Shown here one piece after another: positions 28,655 to 41,729 of a stretch of DNA of 64,000 bases; the stretch's first letter is position 1, and every line of letters begins with the position of its first letter. A program made the position numbers and the translations under genes. The notes under the pieces were generated by a model, which ran no database searches, had not been told where the DNA came from, and saw only the letters and a program-made list of their open reading frames with translations. This DNA comes from Lama glama (lineage: Eukaryota): contig CM052818.1 of the NCBI GenBank assembly GCA_028534125.1, forward strand, positions 2,482,001 to 2,546,000. Reading direction: 5' to 3'.

Positions 28655-29845
28655 TATTTTTTTGGATCTGTCTCCTAAGGCAAGGGAACAAAAGCAAAAA
28701 TAAATAAAATGACACCTAGTTAAATTTAAAACTTTTGCACAGCAATGGAAACCACTGACAAAATGAAAAGACAACCTACTGAATGGCAGAAAATATTTGC
28801 AAATGATATGATCGATAAGGGTTTAATATCCAACATATATAAACAGCTCATACAACTCAATATCAAAAAAAAACCCAATAAGAAATGTGCAGAAGACCTG
28901 AATAGACATCTTTTCCAAAGAAGACAAACAGATGCCCAACAGGTACATGAAGAGATGCTCAACATCACTAGTTATCAGAGAAATGCAAATCAAAACCACA
29001 GTATCACCTTACACCAGTCAGAATGGCTATCATCAAATAAAGACCACAGATAACAAACGTTAGTGAGGATGTGGAGAAAAGGGAAGTCTCATACACTGTT
29101 GGTGGGAATGTCAATTGGTGTAGTCACTGTGGAAAACCACATGTAGGTTCTGCAAAAAACTAAAAGTAGAACTACCATATGATCCAGCAATTCCACTCCT
29201 GGGTATATATCTGAAGAAAACAAAAACACTAATTCAAAAAGGTACTCTCCAATGTTCACAGCAGCATTATTAACAACAGCCAAGATATGGAAGCAACCTA
29301 AATGTCCATTGACAGATGAGTAGATAAAAAACATATATATATGCCACGTTTTCTTTTATATATATGTGTGTGTATATGTATATATATTCATGTGCGCGCG
29401 CGCACACATACAGTGGACTACCACTCAACCATAAAAAAGAATGAAATTTTGCCTTTTGCAACAACGTGGATGGACTTGGAGGGTATTATGCCTAGTGAAA
29501 GAAGTCAGAGAAAGACAAATACTGCTTTCACTTATATGTGGAATCTAAAAAATAAGACAAAAAATGACCATTAGAAAAAGGAAACAGATTCACAGATATA
29601 GAAAACAAACTAGTGGTTACGAGAAAGGAGAGGGAAGTGAGAGGGCAAGATAGGGGAAGGGAATTAAGAGGTACAAACTACTATGTATAAAATAAATAAG
29701 CTACAAGAATATATTGTACCACATGGGAAACATAGCCAGTATTTTATAACTATAAATGAAGTATAACCTATGAAAATTTTGAATCACTATGTTGTACACC
29801 TGAAAGAAATATAATATTGTAAATCAACTATATCACAAATTAAGA
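28655..29845 (+). mobile_element. 5'-truncated L1 3' end
   Basis: ORF2 remnants [15 protein letters not shown] and KNEILPFATTWMDLEGIM, followed by L1 3'UTR. Confidence 0.92.
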
Positions 29846-30299
29846 AAACCCTCTAAAATATATATGTAAAATCCTGAAATGGTGAAATAAGTAAGCATAG
29901 TACCCTTTAAAAAAATCTTCTGGATTATTGAAAAGGTTTTTCTTCTATACAGTTAGCAAATATCTATAAAATAAAAATCTGTTTGCTTTAATCTGTCCTT
30001 TTTTTTTCTTCTTTCACTTTCTGGGAACATAACAACCCTATACCCTTTAATAAAAATCTTCCATATAAACAAAATTCGTATCATCTCTTCAGTAACTAAT
30101 CTAAGGATGGGAAATAGGAAAACATGACTGACAGAAAAAAAAAACCTATTAAATACCACCTACACCAAAGCAACTACTTGATTTAAAAATTTTTTTTAAC
30201 AAGAGCAAATCCTGAAACAGTTCACTCATCTGCTTAGTAAATTAAAACAATGCAACTCTGTAAATGAGTAGAAAATATTTGAAACCTTAATTCTGTAAA

Positions 30300-30540
30300 A
30301 AATTAACATTTTTATATGCCAGGCATTGTTCTAAGTGTTTTTACACATATCAGCTTATGTAATCCTGAGAATAATCTAATGAATAGGGCACTCTTATTAT
30401 TTCTATTTTACAGACAAAGGAACCAAGGCACAGAGTGAAGCAATTTGCTGAATGTCACACAGTTAATAACTGGTGGTCTGCATTCGAACTCAAACAGTAG
30501 GGCTCCACAGCCCATGCCGTCAACCACTATGTCACACTGC
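30300..30540 (-). mobile_element. MIR SINE
   Basis: atgccaggcattgttctaagtg...attttacagacaaaggaaccaaggcacagag. Confidence 0.8.
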
Positions 30541-30694
30541 TTTCCTCAAATTGTAATGTCTTGGTGGAAGCAGAGAGAGGGATAGAGGTCAGAAAAGAGA
30601 GCAAAGGACGGCAGAAGGCTAAGGAGGCAATCCTGATGTCTGTTAAAGTCTGAGAAACAAATATCTAACTCATTTACCAATATTGCTCTTTCTT

Positions 30695-31480
30695 CTTTTT
30701 TCCTCAGCTTTATTGAGGTATAATTTAAAAATAAAATTGTAAGATTTTTAAAGTGTACATCATGGTGATTTGATACGGGTATGATTGTGAAAAGATTCCT
30801 CCCATCTAGTTGATTAACGCATCCATCATCCTATAACATTCATCACCCTGTGTATGTGTGTATGTGCATATATATATATATATACACATACATATACTTA
30901 GATTAACCCAACAAAGGTTTTTTTTTGGCTTGTGCTACATGTCCAATGCAGTTTGGTAAAAGGATTCTGTCCCAAGTAGTCACACTGTCCCTGGCTGAGA
31001 GTGGTTCCATCTTCTTGTGACACTGCTTCCTTACCATGTGGCTTTATACATATATATGTATATAATACTATATCTATTTTATACTCTATATAAATAGTAA
31101 TGATATATAAATTAACTACATACTATATATAAATTATATATATACTAGATATATATGCACATATATAAATTTTTGTAAGAATATTTAAAAATGTTTCACT
31201 CTCTTGTTTCTCGATAAAACACCACAATGTTGGTTAAAAAAAAAAGTTTCACTCTCTCGGTACATTTCAATTATACAATACAGTGTTATTATACAATACA
31301 GTCATGTTTCACATCAGATCCTTAGAACTCATTCATCTTATAGCTAAAAGTTTGTACCCTTTTACCACCCTCTCCCGATTTCCCTCACTACCCTCCAGCT
31401 CCTGGAAACCAAATGTCTACTCTCTGTTTCTATGACTTTGAGGTTTTTTTCAGTTTCACATATAAGTGGATACCACAATA
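30695..31480 (-). mobile_element. L1 (L1MA-like) 3' end, interrupted by (TA)n and two inserts
   Basis: cagctttattgaggtataattt... and ...ctggaaaccaaatgtctactctctgtttctatg. Confidence 0.75.
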
Positions 31481-31673
31481 TTGTCCTTTAACGTGTATGA
31501 AATCCTTCGCTTAAACAATAAGCAAGCATTGCAAAAACTGCCAGAGCAAGTATTTTGATAATTCCATAAGTTTTAAAATATAGACTTTCTTAAACTTACT
31601 TTTTCTTGTTTTCATCAAGGAACGTCTGATCCCAAATCTAGCTTTAAAAAAAGTGGCCTTTTAGCATTCTTTT

Positions 31674-31705
31674 GTCGCCATCTTGTGGTCTTTCATAGTA
31701 GTGCT
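31674..31705 (-). promoter_or_regulatory. CTCF binding site with upstream motif
   Basis: Minus strand AGCACTAC-TATGAAA-GACCACAAGATGGCGAC matches the CTCF core CCAC.AG.TGGC plus the upstream GCA.TAC module. Confidence 0.65.
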
Positions 31706-32456
31706 ACTGAAAACTCAAAACACTTCTGGGCTGGGCTCCCAAAAAAGTTCAATGCCAATCTTAGGGCTGATATGTTGCCTGCTTTTGATCACTTTGATAT
31801 CCTTCTATGGGCTCCTGAATTTACATGTCTTTTTTTTTAATCAGAAAATTTACCCATTTTACTGATGCATTGCAATTGCTCTACATTTTACCATATTATG
31901 TAGAAAATACTAAAAATACAAGCTACTTTGTAAAACCAAAGACAAATATTGAATCCAATATCTACATCAATTTTTTTAAAGTGTGGAGACTAAAACTGAG
32001 CACAGTCAATTAATGCCGTGCTACACCAAGGATGGCCATGCCCAAAACCAGAAGGGAAAGCTGTCGGACCAAGCCCCTCCTGACGGGAAGTCTGTGTGGC
32101 TTTTCACAGTTGTAAGTCTTTATGGTGGATTCATTCTGGGCTTCCTTAGTCTAATCCAATAACACTCTGCATCAAATTAGAATTCTTAAATTAGTCACTG
32201 TCGTATCTCCTCACCTCAGGGCTGGTCTCCCCCTCGAGGGTATCTCCCCTTCCCTTCCTCTGGGAAGGAGGAGGGACAGGCTGGCCCTGGGCTGACGAGG
32301 CAAGTGCAGATCCCGGGGGAACACTTCCCGATGAGGGTCAGGGGGGAAGACTGATGAGTCTCTTAGGCACATGTCCATTCCCTGGCAGCTCCCTGGTGTT
32401 GGCAACTTGACAGCCCAACTTAAACCCCAGAGAGAACTTGAGTGCACTCACCTTAC

Positions 32457-32489
32457 CTGCTTTTCTGCCTCGCTTATGGTCATAATAAT
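32457..32489 (-). other. Candidate 33-nt exon
   Basis: Acceptor ggaattttcAG and strong donor CAG|GTAAGG, with a second donor AAG|GTGAGT 5 nt further, in unique sequence. Confidence 0.3.
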
Positions 32490-33989
32490 CTGAAAATTCC
32501 TTATTCAGATATAGCATTCACAGTTCTGTGCAGCCAAGCCTAAACAACCAGGTGGTCAGTTCCCTTAATTCCCGTCACTCAGCTTTCTTTTTCTCAATGA
32601 TCTTATATTCTTTCTTTCTTTCCTCTAGTGCTCTCAACCTGAGACAGCATGAGCCTAACCTTTGCTCCACCCACTTCTGTTCAAAGATCTGGAGTGGTGG
32701 TTCTTTGATTGACCCAATAACTCAGGAACTACCAGCATTTAATGGTTGAGGGCCAGATATACTAAATATCCTGCAATAGTGAGACACTCTTAAAACTAAT
32801 AATCCTGCACAAGAGTTAAGAAAGCCACAAGGGTTCACTCGTCTGGCCTCCCGAATTACACGTAACTCTTCTTTATAAATGGTCAGTAAAACCTTAAAAT
32901 TATTTGCATACTATTCCATAGTCTGTTGTAGGATAGACCACATATTCACAAAGTAGGGAAAAGGCAACAACTGCCCTCTGCCCCTCTTTAATAATATATA
33001 TTTCTCTTCCTTTTACCTCCATGAATTGGTTGATTTTGAGTAACATAAAGGAATTTTGATGAAATTCCACTGTATCTATTTACTCCTCTGCCTATTTATA
33101 AACATACTATTCTGTGCCTTATTTTTGACTTAATAACCATTCTTTGAGATTCTTCTATATTAGTACAAAGAGCTCTACCTCATCCTTTTTAATGACTGCA
33201 GAATATTTCACTTTATGGAGCTATTCTAGCATTTACTTAACCAGTCTTGTGGAAGAATTTTAAGCCAAAGAGCATCAAAATTAGATGTATAGTCAGACCT
33301 TTGAATTCATTCTGGCTGCTAATTGCCAGATACCACTCATTGTGGAAAAAGGCTTGAAGGTTTGCAATCATTTGTGAGAGGATACTACCATAATATTCCT
33401 GGTGAGCAATGATTTTTTTAAATTGCTGCTCTCTAATAATTCCCCAGCAAGGCTAAAACTTGGTTGGAAGGAAGGAAGGAAAGAAGAGAGGAAGGAAGGG
33501 AGAGAGGGAGGGAAGCTCTTTGAGAAATATGACACATACACAGGGGAAAAAATAAGACAAGACAAAAATGTATAACTCAATAATTCATGACAAAGTAAAT
33601 ATCTATATAACTGTCACCCAGATCAAGAAATTAAACATTGCAAAGACCCTCTAATGCGCTTTCTCCATAATAAGCCCTCCCTCCCTTTCAGAGGCCCACT
33701 ATTATGGGCCTGATGGCTATAATAATCACTTCCTTGCTTTCCACTATAATTTTACCACCTAATCTTGCATTCCTAAACCTTTTAATTTAGTTTCTCTATT
33801 TTAAAACTTTATATAAATGGAATCATACAGTATGAATTCTCTTACATATAGTTTCTTTCACTCAGTGTTATGTTTATGAAATTCACCTATATGGTTACAT
33901 TTTCATTGTTCATTTTTATTGCTGCATAATATCCCATTGTTTGAACGTATTATAATTTAACTATTCTATTGCTGGAGGGTATTTCACTT

Positions 33990-34373
33990 TGTTAAAAACT
34001 AGACAGTTTCAAAATGAAGTTATTTATCCTAAGCCCCACATCACCAAACCAAGACTTGCTTAATACTTAATTACACTTTCTACTCTCCCAGAAATGGAAT
34101 CTTAAACCAGTCAGTCTGGAATTACCTGATCAAGACTAATGGGTCCCATAAACCCTTACCATCCCCTAAAGGAAAGTGACCTTGCCACAGCCCATCTGCT
34201 TTTTGCTGGTATAACTTCCTTGTCCTTCTCTCTTCTGTATATAAAAGCCTTTCATTTTGAACAGCTCCTCAGAGCTTCTTTCTATCTGCTAGACGGGATG
34301 CTGCCAGATTCACGAATCATTGAGTAAAATCAGTAAGATCTTTAAAATTTATTCAGTTGAATTTCTTTTAACA
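33990..34373 (+). mobile_element. ERV solo LTR
   Basis: TGTTAA...TTAACA termini, TATA box gtatataaaagc at ~34238, inserted in an old L1 fragment. TSD not evident. Confidence 0.75.
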
Positions 34374-34472
34374 TTTGTTTCCAGTTTGGGACTACTATAA
34401 ATAACGATACTATGAACATCCTTGTGCATGCTTCCCGGTGCACATGTGTATGCATTTCTGTTGAATATACAA

Positions 34473-34585
34473 TAGGAGACCAAATGTCCCAGTTGGCTTA
34501 GGACTTTCCCAGTTTTAACACCGAAAGTCCCATGTCCAAGGAAATCTCCTCTATCCCAGATAAACTGGGATGGTTGATTACCCTA
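34473..34585. mobile_element. hAT-Tip100-type MITE (MER96-like)
   Basis: Imperfect TIRs taggagaccaaatgtcccagtt / aactgggatggttgattacccta; 8-bp flanks atatacaa / atataaac. Confidence 0.7.
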
Positions 34586-34692
34586 ATATAAACCAAAGGA
34601 GTAAAAATTCTGGGCCAAAGAGTATGTATATCTTCAACATTAGTAGATAATGCCAAATCATTCTCCCAAAGTACTCTCTACCAATTTACACA

Positions 34693-35250
34693 TGACGGGG
34701 TTCAGGGCATGCTACCATGAAATATGGCTCTATTAGCAAAGCTCTATGGTAACTAACCTTAAACCAGGGCTCCCCACCCCGGCTCTACTCATCTCTGGCC
34801 CAAGCACACTTTTCACATCTTTGGATCACACCATACCTTGCCTAACCCATTGGTTCTTTCCAAAGATCAAAGAAGTAGAAATGAAGAATAAGTAATTAAC
34901 AGATGATCAGTTCTCTTCCCTAGCTACCCCTCAGTAATCTTGCAAATAGACTGTGTGAACAAGATATTATCTAAAAAAAAGGTCACGGGAAGTCAACAAG
35001 CCGGCACACAGTGGGAGAGGGCTGCAAGTTTGATCCCCTGTCTCGATGATTAACTGAGATTACCTCCCCTTTTCCCTTTAAAAACTTCCACGGCTGAGCA
35101 GGATCTTCAGAGCTGGTTTTGGGGGGACATGACTCCACCTTCTCCCCAGATGGCTGGCTTTCTGATTGAAAGCAGCTTTTCATTTCTACCAACATATGCT
35201 TCTTGGGTATTGGTTTTCGAGCGGCCAGCAGCCGGACCTGAGTTCAGGAA
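34693..35250 (+). mobile_element. ERV1-class solo LTR (MER34/MER39-like)
   Basis: 5' tgacggggttcagggcatgctaccatgaaatatggc, TATA-like tttaaaaa, 3' ttggttttcgagcggccagcagccggacctgagttc. Confidence 0.75.
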
Positions 35251-35269
35251 TGCTCTCAGCATCATTTAC

Positions 35270-38135
35270 TGAAAAAAATTAGCCCTTTCCCCTTTTCTCT
35301 TTAGGGTCAATTTTGTCATATATCAAGTATCCAGATATATTCATCTGTTTCTGGGCTCTGTATTCTATTCTGCTGCTCAATTTTATCTTTCCATAATATG
35401 CTACTTTCTTAATAATCGCAGCTTTATATAAAGTCTTGATAGCTAATTTACAGCTCGTCTTCCCACTGCTCAAGACTGGCCCTATTCTTGGCCTTTTGCA
35501 TGCTCATGTACATTTTAGAATCAGCTTGTCAAGTTCTCAAAAAAAACTGATTGGATTTTAGGTTGGGATTGCATTGATTCAATAGATCCTTTTGATAAGA
35601 AGTGTAATCCTCTATAACTCAATAAAAAATGTTAAAAAAATGAAATCTTTACAATTCTTTCCAGTACAATAAACATGTCATATTCTCCATTTAATTAGAA
35701 CTTCTTTAATTTCTCACAATAATATTTTATAGCTTTCAGCATTGATACAGTACATATATTATGGTAGATGTATTCCCAGATATTTAATATTCCTGATGCT
35801 TTATGTCTAGATGCCTTTGTATTTTCTACATACACAATCATTTGATCCATGGCAATTACAATTTTATTCCTTTCTTCCCAAACTTAGAATAGTTCAGGTT
35901 TTTTTTTTTCTTGTTTAGTGCACAATCTATGGTCACTAGTACATTGCTGAACACATGGATGATAATGGACATTATTGTCTCATTCCCAATCTTAAAAGGA
36001 ACACTTTCAATCTTTCACCATTAAGAACTCTTTTCACCAGTAAGTTTTCACTTCTATAGGATACATAAATGCCCAAGTGCTACTGCCGGGTTGTATGGTA
36101 ACTGCATGGTTAATTTTGTAAGAAACTGCCAAATTGTTTTTCAGAGTGACTGCACCATTTTGTATTCACACCAGCAAAGTATGAGGGAGCTAGTTTCTTG
36201 GCCTTCATGCTAGTATTTGGTGTTTTCACTATTTTTTACTTCAGCCATTTTAATAATTGTATAGTGATATCTCACTATGGTTTTAATTTGTGCTTCCCTA
36301 ATGGCTAATGATGTTGAACATCTTTTTCATGTGCTTACTTGCCATCTGTTTGTTTGTTTGTTTATTTATTTATTTATTTATTTATTTATTTTAAGGGGGA
36401 GGTAATTAGGTTTTTATTTATTTTAGTGGAGGTACTAGGGATTGAATCCAGGACTCTGAACATGCTAGGCATGTACTCTACCCCTGAGTTATCCCCTCTC
36501 TGCTGTATATGCTCTTTGTTGAAATGTTTCTTAAGGAACTTAAGGTCTTTTTGCTCATTTTCTAATTGATTTTTAAATCTTTAGCTTCTGAGAGTTACTT
36601 ATATATTCCAAATACTAGTCCTTTGTCAGACACGTGGTTTGCAAATGTTTTTTCCCCACTCTGTAGCTTGTTTTCATCCCCTTAACGAGGTCTTCTGTAG
36701 AGCAGACATTTTTAATTTTGATAAATACCAATTTATATCACTGTTTCCTTGTCTAGATTGTGCTTTTATGATTAATTCTAAGAACTTTTTATTTAGCCCT
36801 GGATCCTGAACATTTTCTCCTATTTTTTTCCAGAAGTTTTATAGTTCTATACTTTATATTTAAGTCTGTGATCTATTTTGAGTTAATTTTTGTATAACCA
36901 ATGAGATTTGGGCCAAAGTTCATATTTTTGCCAGTGGGTGTCTTATTGCGGTAGCACCATTTATTGAAAAAGCTATCTCTCCCCCACTGAAATGCTTTTG
37001 CATCTTGTCAAAAATCAGTTGGGCATATTAGTATAGGCCTGTAACTAGATTCTCTGTTCTGGCCCATTAATCTATGTGTCTCTCCTTCCAGCAACACCAA
37101 CAGTCTTTATTACTGTAGCTAAATACTGTAAGCCTTGAACTCAGGTAGCCTGACTGCTCCCATTTTAATCTGATTCTTAAAAATTGTAGCTATTATAGGT
37201 TCTTTACCTTTCCATATAAACTTTAGAATAAACTTATCTAGATCTACAAGAAAAATTGACGACATTTTTATAGGAATTGCTTTAAATCTATATATCAATT
37301 TGGGAAGAACCAACATCTTCACTATATAGAGTCTTCCAATCCACAGTATTTCTCTCGAAAGAAGTATTTAGTGTTCTATAATTTTTGGCAAACAATTCCT
37401 GTATGTTTTTTCTTAGTCTTACACCTAAGTATTTCAGGGTTTTGGAGCAACTGTAAATGGTATTGTATTTTTAATTTTGGTGTCCACGTGTTCATTGCCA
37501 GCATTTAGAAACATAATTGATTTTTGTATGTTTTTCTTGTATCCTACAATCCTGCTGAACTCATATATTAGTTCTAGTTTTTCTCTTGATTCTTTGGAAT
37601 TTCCTATTAAGATTACGATGCCATCTGAAAATAGGAACAGTTTTATTTCTTCCTCTCTGATCTGCTGCCTTCTATTCTCTACTCTAACTTCCATCCCCAT
37701 GCTTGTTCTCAAATCTTAAAGAGAAAGCAGTCTTGCACCTTTAAGTGTGATATTAGCTGTAGGTTTTTTGTAGATGCTCTTTACCAAGTTGAGAAAGTTC
37801 TCTTCTCTTTCTCTTTTTTGAGAGTATTTATCATGAATGGATGTTAAATTTTGTCAAATACTTTTTCTACATTGATTAATATGACCATGTGATTTTTCTT
37901 CTTACCCTGTTAATATGATTGATTACATTGATTAATTTTTCAAGTATTAAACAAGCCTTGCACCCCTCACTTGGCCAAGGTGTATAATTCTTTTTATTTC
38001 TTGTTGAATTCTATTGTTAATATTTTGCTAAGGATTTTGCATCTTCAGTATTATGAGGGATCCTGATCTGTACCTCAAGAAAAATTCTTTGTCTAGTTTT
38101 GGCATCAGGGTAACACTAGCTTCATAAAATGAATT
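35270..38135 (-). mobile_element. Old L1 ORF2 fragments (more than one element)
   Basis: ORF 37119-37322 VLPKLIYRFKAIPIK and 37434-37712 EEIKLFLFSDGIV are L1 ORF2 remnants. Confidence 0.85.
36348..36500 (-). mobile_element. Vic-1-like SINE inside L1
   Basis: gtggaggtactagggattgaatccaggac with (TTTA)n tail. Confidence 0.88.
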
Positions 38136-38137
38136 AG

Positions 38138-39362
38138 AGGGGGAAAATCATACAATCATATCAATTGATGCAGAAAAAGTACTTGACAAAATTCAACATC
38201 ATTTTGTGATTAAAAAACACTCATCAAAAAAATGGATTGGAAGATTTAAAATTATTCAAACGTCAGTAATACCCAAAGAGAGCTATACATTCAATGCACA
38301 GGTAACAAAAGAAAAAAATCATATAAATTGGACTTCATTTAAATTAAAACTTTTGTGCATTAAAGCGCAGTGCAAAAAGTAAAAAGACAAACCACAAATA
38401 AGAGAAAATGTTTGCAAACTGTCTATCTGATAAAGTATTAGTATCCAGAGTATAGAGAGAACTCCTACTCAAAAACAAAAGAAATAAATAGCCCCATTAA
38501 AATAATGGGCAAAGGATGTGAATAGACATTTCTCCAAGGAAGATACTTAGATGAACAACAAGCACATGAAATCAGTATTACTAATCATTAGGGAATTACA
38601 AACCAAAACCACAATAAGAAACTACACACATTAGGGTGGCCATTATCCAAAAACCAGAAAATAACAAGTGTTGGTGAGCATGTGGAAAAATTGGAAACTT
38701 AGTGCATGGCTGGTGGGAATGTAAAATGATGCAGTCACTGTAGAAAACAATATGGCAGTTCCTCAAAAAACTAAACACAGAAGTACTGTACAATCTATCA
38801 ACTCCACTTACAGCTATAATATACCCAAAAGAGTTGAAAACAGGGACTTCAACAGATATTTGTACCCCAATATTCACAGCAGCATTATTTGTAAGAGCCA
38901 AAAAGTAAAAACAACCCAAATGTTTACCCACAGGTGAACGGGGAAAAAAATGTAGTACATACAAACAATGGAATTTTATTCAGCCTTTGAAAAGTATGAA
39001 ATTCTGATACATGCTACAACACAGATGAACCTTGGGGACATGATGCTAAGTGAAATAAGATAAACACAAAAGGCCAAAGATTGTACAATTCCACTTACAT
39101 AAGGAAACTTGAATAGTCAAATTCATAGAGAAAGAAAGCAGAACAATGTTTGTCTGGGGCTCCAGGGAGTCCATTACTAACAATGGTAGTTGTTCCTTAA
39201 GAGGTACTGAATTTCAATTTGGGATGATGGAAAAGTTCTGGACATGGATGGGGGTGATGGTTGTACGACAATCTGAATGGGCTTCATGCCACTGAACTGT
39301 ACACTTAAAAATGGTTATAGTGGTAAATTTCATGTTATGGACATATTACCACAATAAAAAGA
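38138..39362 (+). mobile_element. L1 (L1MB-like) 3' end with internal deletions
   Basis: atcaattgatgcagaaaaag...; 3'UTR gccactgaactgtacacttaaaaatggtt...accacaataaaaa. Confidence 0.88.
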
Positions 39363-39784
39363 AACTGAACACACAATTTCACATACAAAGTCATATATAT
39401 ACTCAGACTTTTTTTTCCCAGTCGATTACTTATACTAAGTAATCAGGATGAGAATAATTGCTCTTGGCCACATCTCAAAAGTAGGTTTCCCTCTGATCAG
39501 TAGTTCCTGGGATCCCAGATCTAAGTGACTTCTTCTGGAAGTGCCTCTGTCTCATCCATTACCTCAACAATGAGTAACTGTCATTCAAGGCAGTTAACTG
39601 ACTGCAGCTACCACAAAGTCCCAGCCAGCTGGGAGAAAGGTCCCCTATTCATCACAATATATATTTTATCCCAGACTCCCAAAGCAATGAAAGGAAGGTA
39701 TGAAGACACTAGAAGAGTTGTTTGAAAACTTTTGTAGGTTTCCATGTACAAAGCTAACAGAAGTATAATTCAAGTTATATAGAG

Positions 39785-39959
39785 CAGTGGTTCTCAACAA
39801 TTTAGTGTACATCAGAATCACCACCTGTTGCTACTCACCATACTCCTCAGCGTTTCTCATTCTGTAGATCTGGGATGGGACCCAAGATTTTGCATTTTCA
39901 GTAAGTTCCCAGACTGTACTGGGAACTACTGGCAGAGGGACCACACTTGAGAACTACTG
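39785..39959. mobile_element. MER5A-like hAT-Charlie MITE
   Basis: TIRs cagtggttctcaa / ttgagaactactg. Confidence 0.85.
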
Positions 39960-40119
39960 AAAAACATCACAATACCTGATACCTATCTGACCCCAAAGAA
40001 GGATCAAAAGGGAGCAAGAAGAAATGTGAAGACTGGAGAGTTGCCATTTTACCCCTTGATATTATCATTTCTTTAAATCAACAGATTTTAGCTAAATGTT
40101 CAGCAAAACTAAAAATTTT

Positions 40120-40438
40120 GAAATTGAACTATAGTCAGTTTACAATGTTGGGTCAGTTTCTGGTGTGCAGCATAAAATTTCAGTCAGACATATACATACA
40201 TGTATTTGTTTTCATATTCCTTTTGATTATAGATTACTACAAGATATTGAATATAGTTCTCTGTGCTGTACAATAGAAACTTGTTGTTTATGCATTTTAT
40301 TTATAGCAGTTAGTATCTGCAAATCCCGAACTCGCAATAGATCCCCGCTGGTAACCATAAGTTTGTTTTTTATGTCTGTGAGTCTCTGTTTTGTAAATAA
40401 GTTCATTTGTATCTTTTCTTAATTCCACGTGTAAGTGA
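40120..40438 (-). mobile_element. Young L1 3' end
   Basis: Same 3'UTR family as 23408 and 48880. Confidence 0.88.
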
Positions 40439-40689
40439 AAAATTAAAATTTAAACACCCAACTAGACACTGAACTTAAGGGAAAAAATGTTAATAGCGAC
40501 AATTTAGTACCTACAAATTACTTAAGATTTAGAAAACCTTTTTTCCATAGTCCTCTTTTTCTTTGTTTTCCTTGGGCCAGCTTGGAAACTAGCCAAATTT
40601 TTTTTCTTCCGTGGTCAAAGCTTTACTACACTCTTTAAAGGTCTGTAATTCTATTAAAAGGCAACACACAGCAAGCAATTGAGAAGGCA

Positions 40690-41075
40690 GAGCCATAGCT
40701 GCGTCAGAGCCAAAGAGAGGACAGCACTGCGGCGGAGAGGGGAGTACCAGGCGGCTTCTCCCGCACCGCTCATGCGCGATCCCAAAGCCACGCATCTCAA
40801 CGACGCAACAGCGGACACTCAGGAGTTACTACAAAACGAAGCACAGCCTCTGATTCCTCCCCAGAACAGAACTACCCGTCTAAACAGAGTCTGGGTGGAG
40901 TCTCTGATCCTATCGAAGCTTATGGGTGTTGTTTTTCAATGGTTTGCCCAGAAATTCTCCCAGGGAATACTCACTGAGGGTTCTGCAGGGGGTGACGGAA
41001 GAGTGAAGGGAAAAGCTCTTGCCGCGTGATACTGAGAGGCCTAACAGTGTACTTGCAATGTTGAGATAAGTAAGT
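40690..41075. promoter_or_regulatory. Small CpG-enriched promoter/enhancer-like element
   Basis: Local CpG cluster in unique DNA, NRF1-like gctcatgcgcg at ~40768, ACTACAA at ~40828, CGGAAG at ~40996, plus-strand donor TAA|GTAAGT at 41070. Confidence 0.5.
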
Positions 41076-41357
41076 GTAAATGCTCAATTTTCCTTTCCTA
41101 AAACTGCCACCGTGAAACAAGCCACCATGAAAACATGTTTCATGCCTAAGTTAAGGAAAAGTGGTAAAACTGTAACATCGATTAGAACGATGTGATCACC
41201 GTATTTTCGTAGGCATCTTCCCCAAGGACATAGTTAAGATTTACTTTTCAACTATGACAAGGGTCACAAACTCAAATATGTACAGGGGACAAGCTAGCAA
41301 CATAAATAATTGATCAAGATAACAGAAAATTCAGAGTTAGAAATAGAATCAAACTTT

Positions 41358-41533
41358 ATTATTTGTTTGTTTATTTATTTACTTCTTGATTTATTTATAT
41401 TATTTTTCGGGGGGGAGGTAATTAGGTTTATTTGTTTATTTATCTATTTTTTAATGGAAGCACTGGGGCTTGAACCCAGGACCTCCTGCATGCTAAGCAC
41501 ACACTCTACTAATTGAACTATACCCTCCCCCCC
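41358..41533 (-). mobile_element. Vic-1-like SINE inside Charlie8
   Basis: ggggcttgaacccaggacctcctgcatgctaagcac...tataccctccccc. Confidence 0.9.
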
Positions 41534-41729
41534 AACATTATTTTTGAATGATGATTTAGGCATGTAACATAATGCAACCATTTATGCTATAAGAGATTAT
41601 AAATTTGAAACCAAAAACATACAAATTAAAAAATAGGGACTTCATTATGAAATTTTTCTCATAGCTCATACATTTTTGATCTAAAATAAAAAACTTGAAA
41701 CCCCTTGCCCGTGCCAAGATTTCAGTGTA

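Noticed and set aside
36050..39362. Opposed L1 pieces suggesting a twin-priming inversion
   Set aside because: Both pieces cover the same ORF2 C-terminal segment, so they are independent elements
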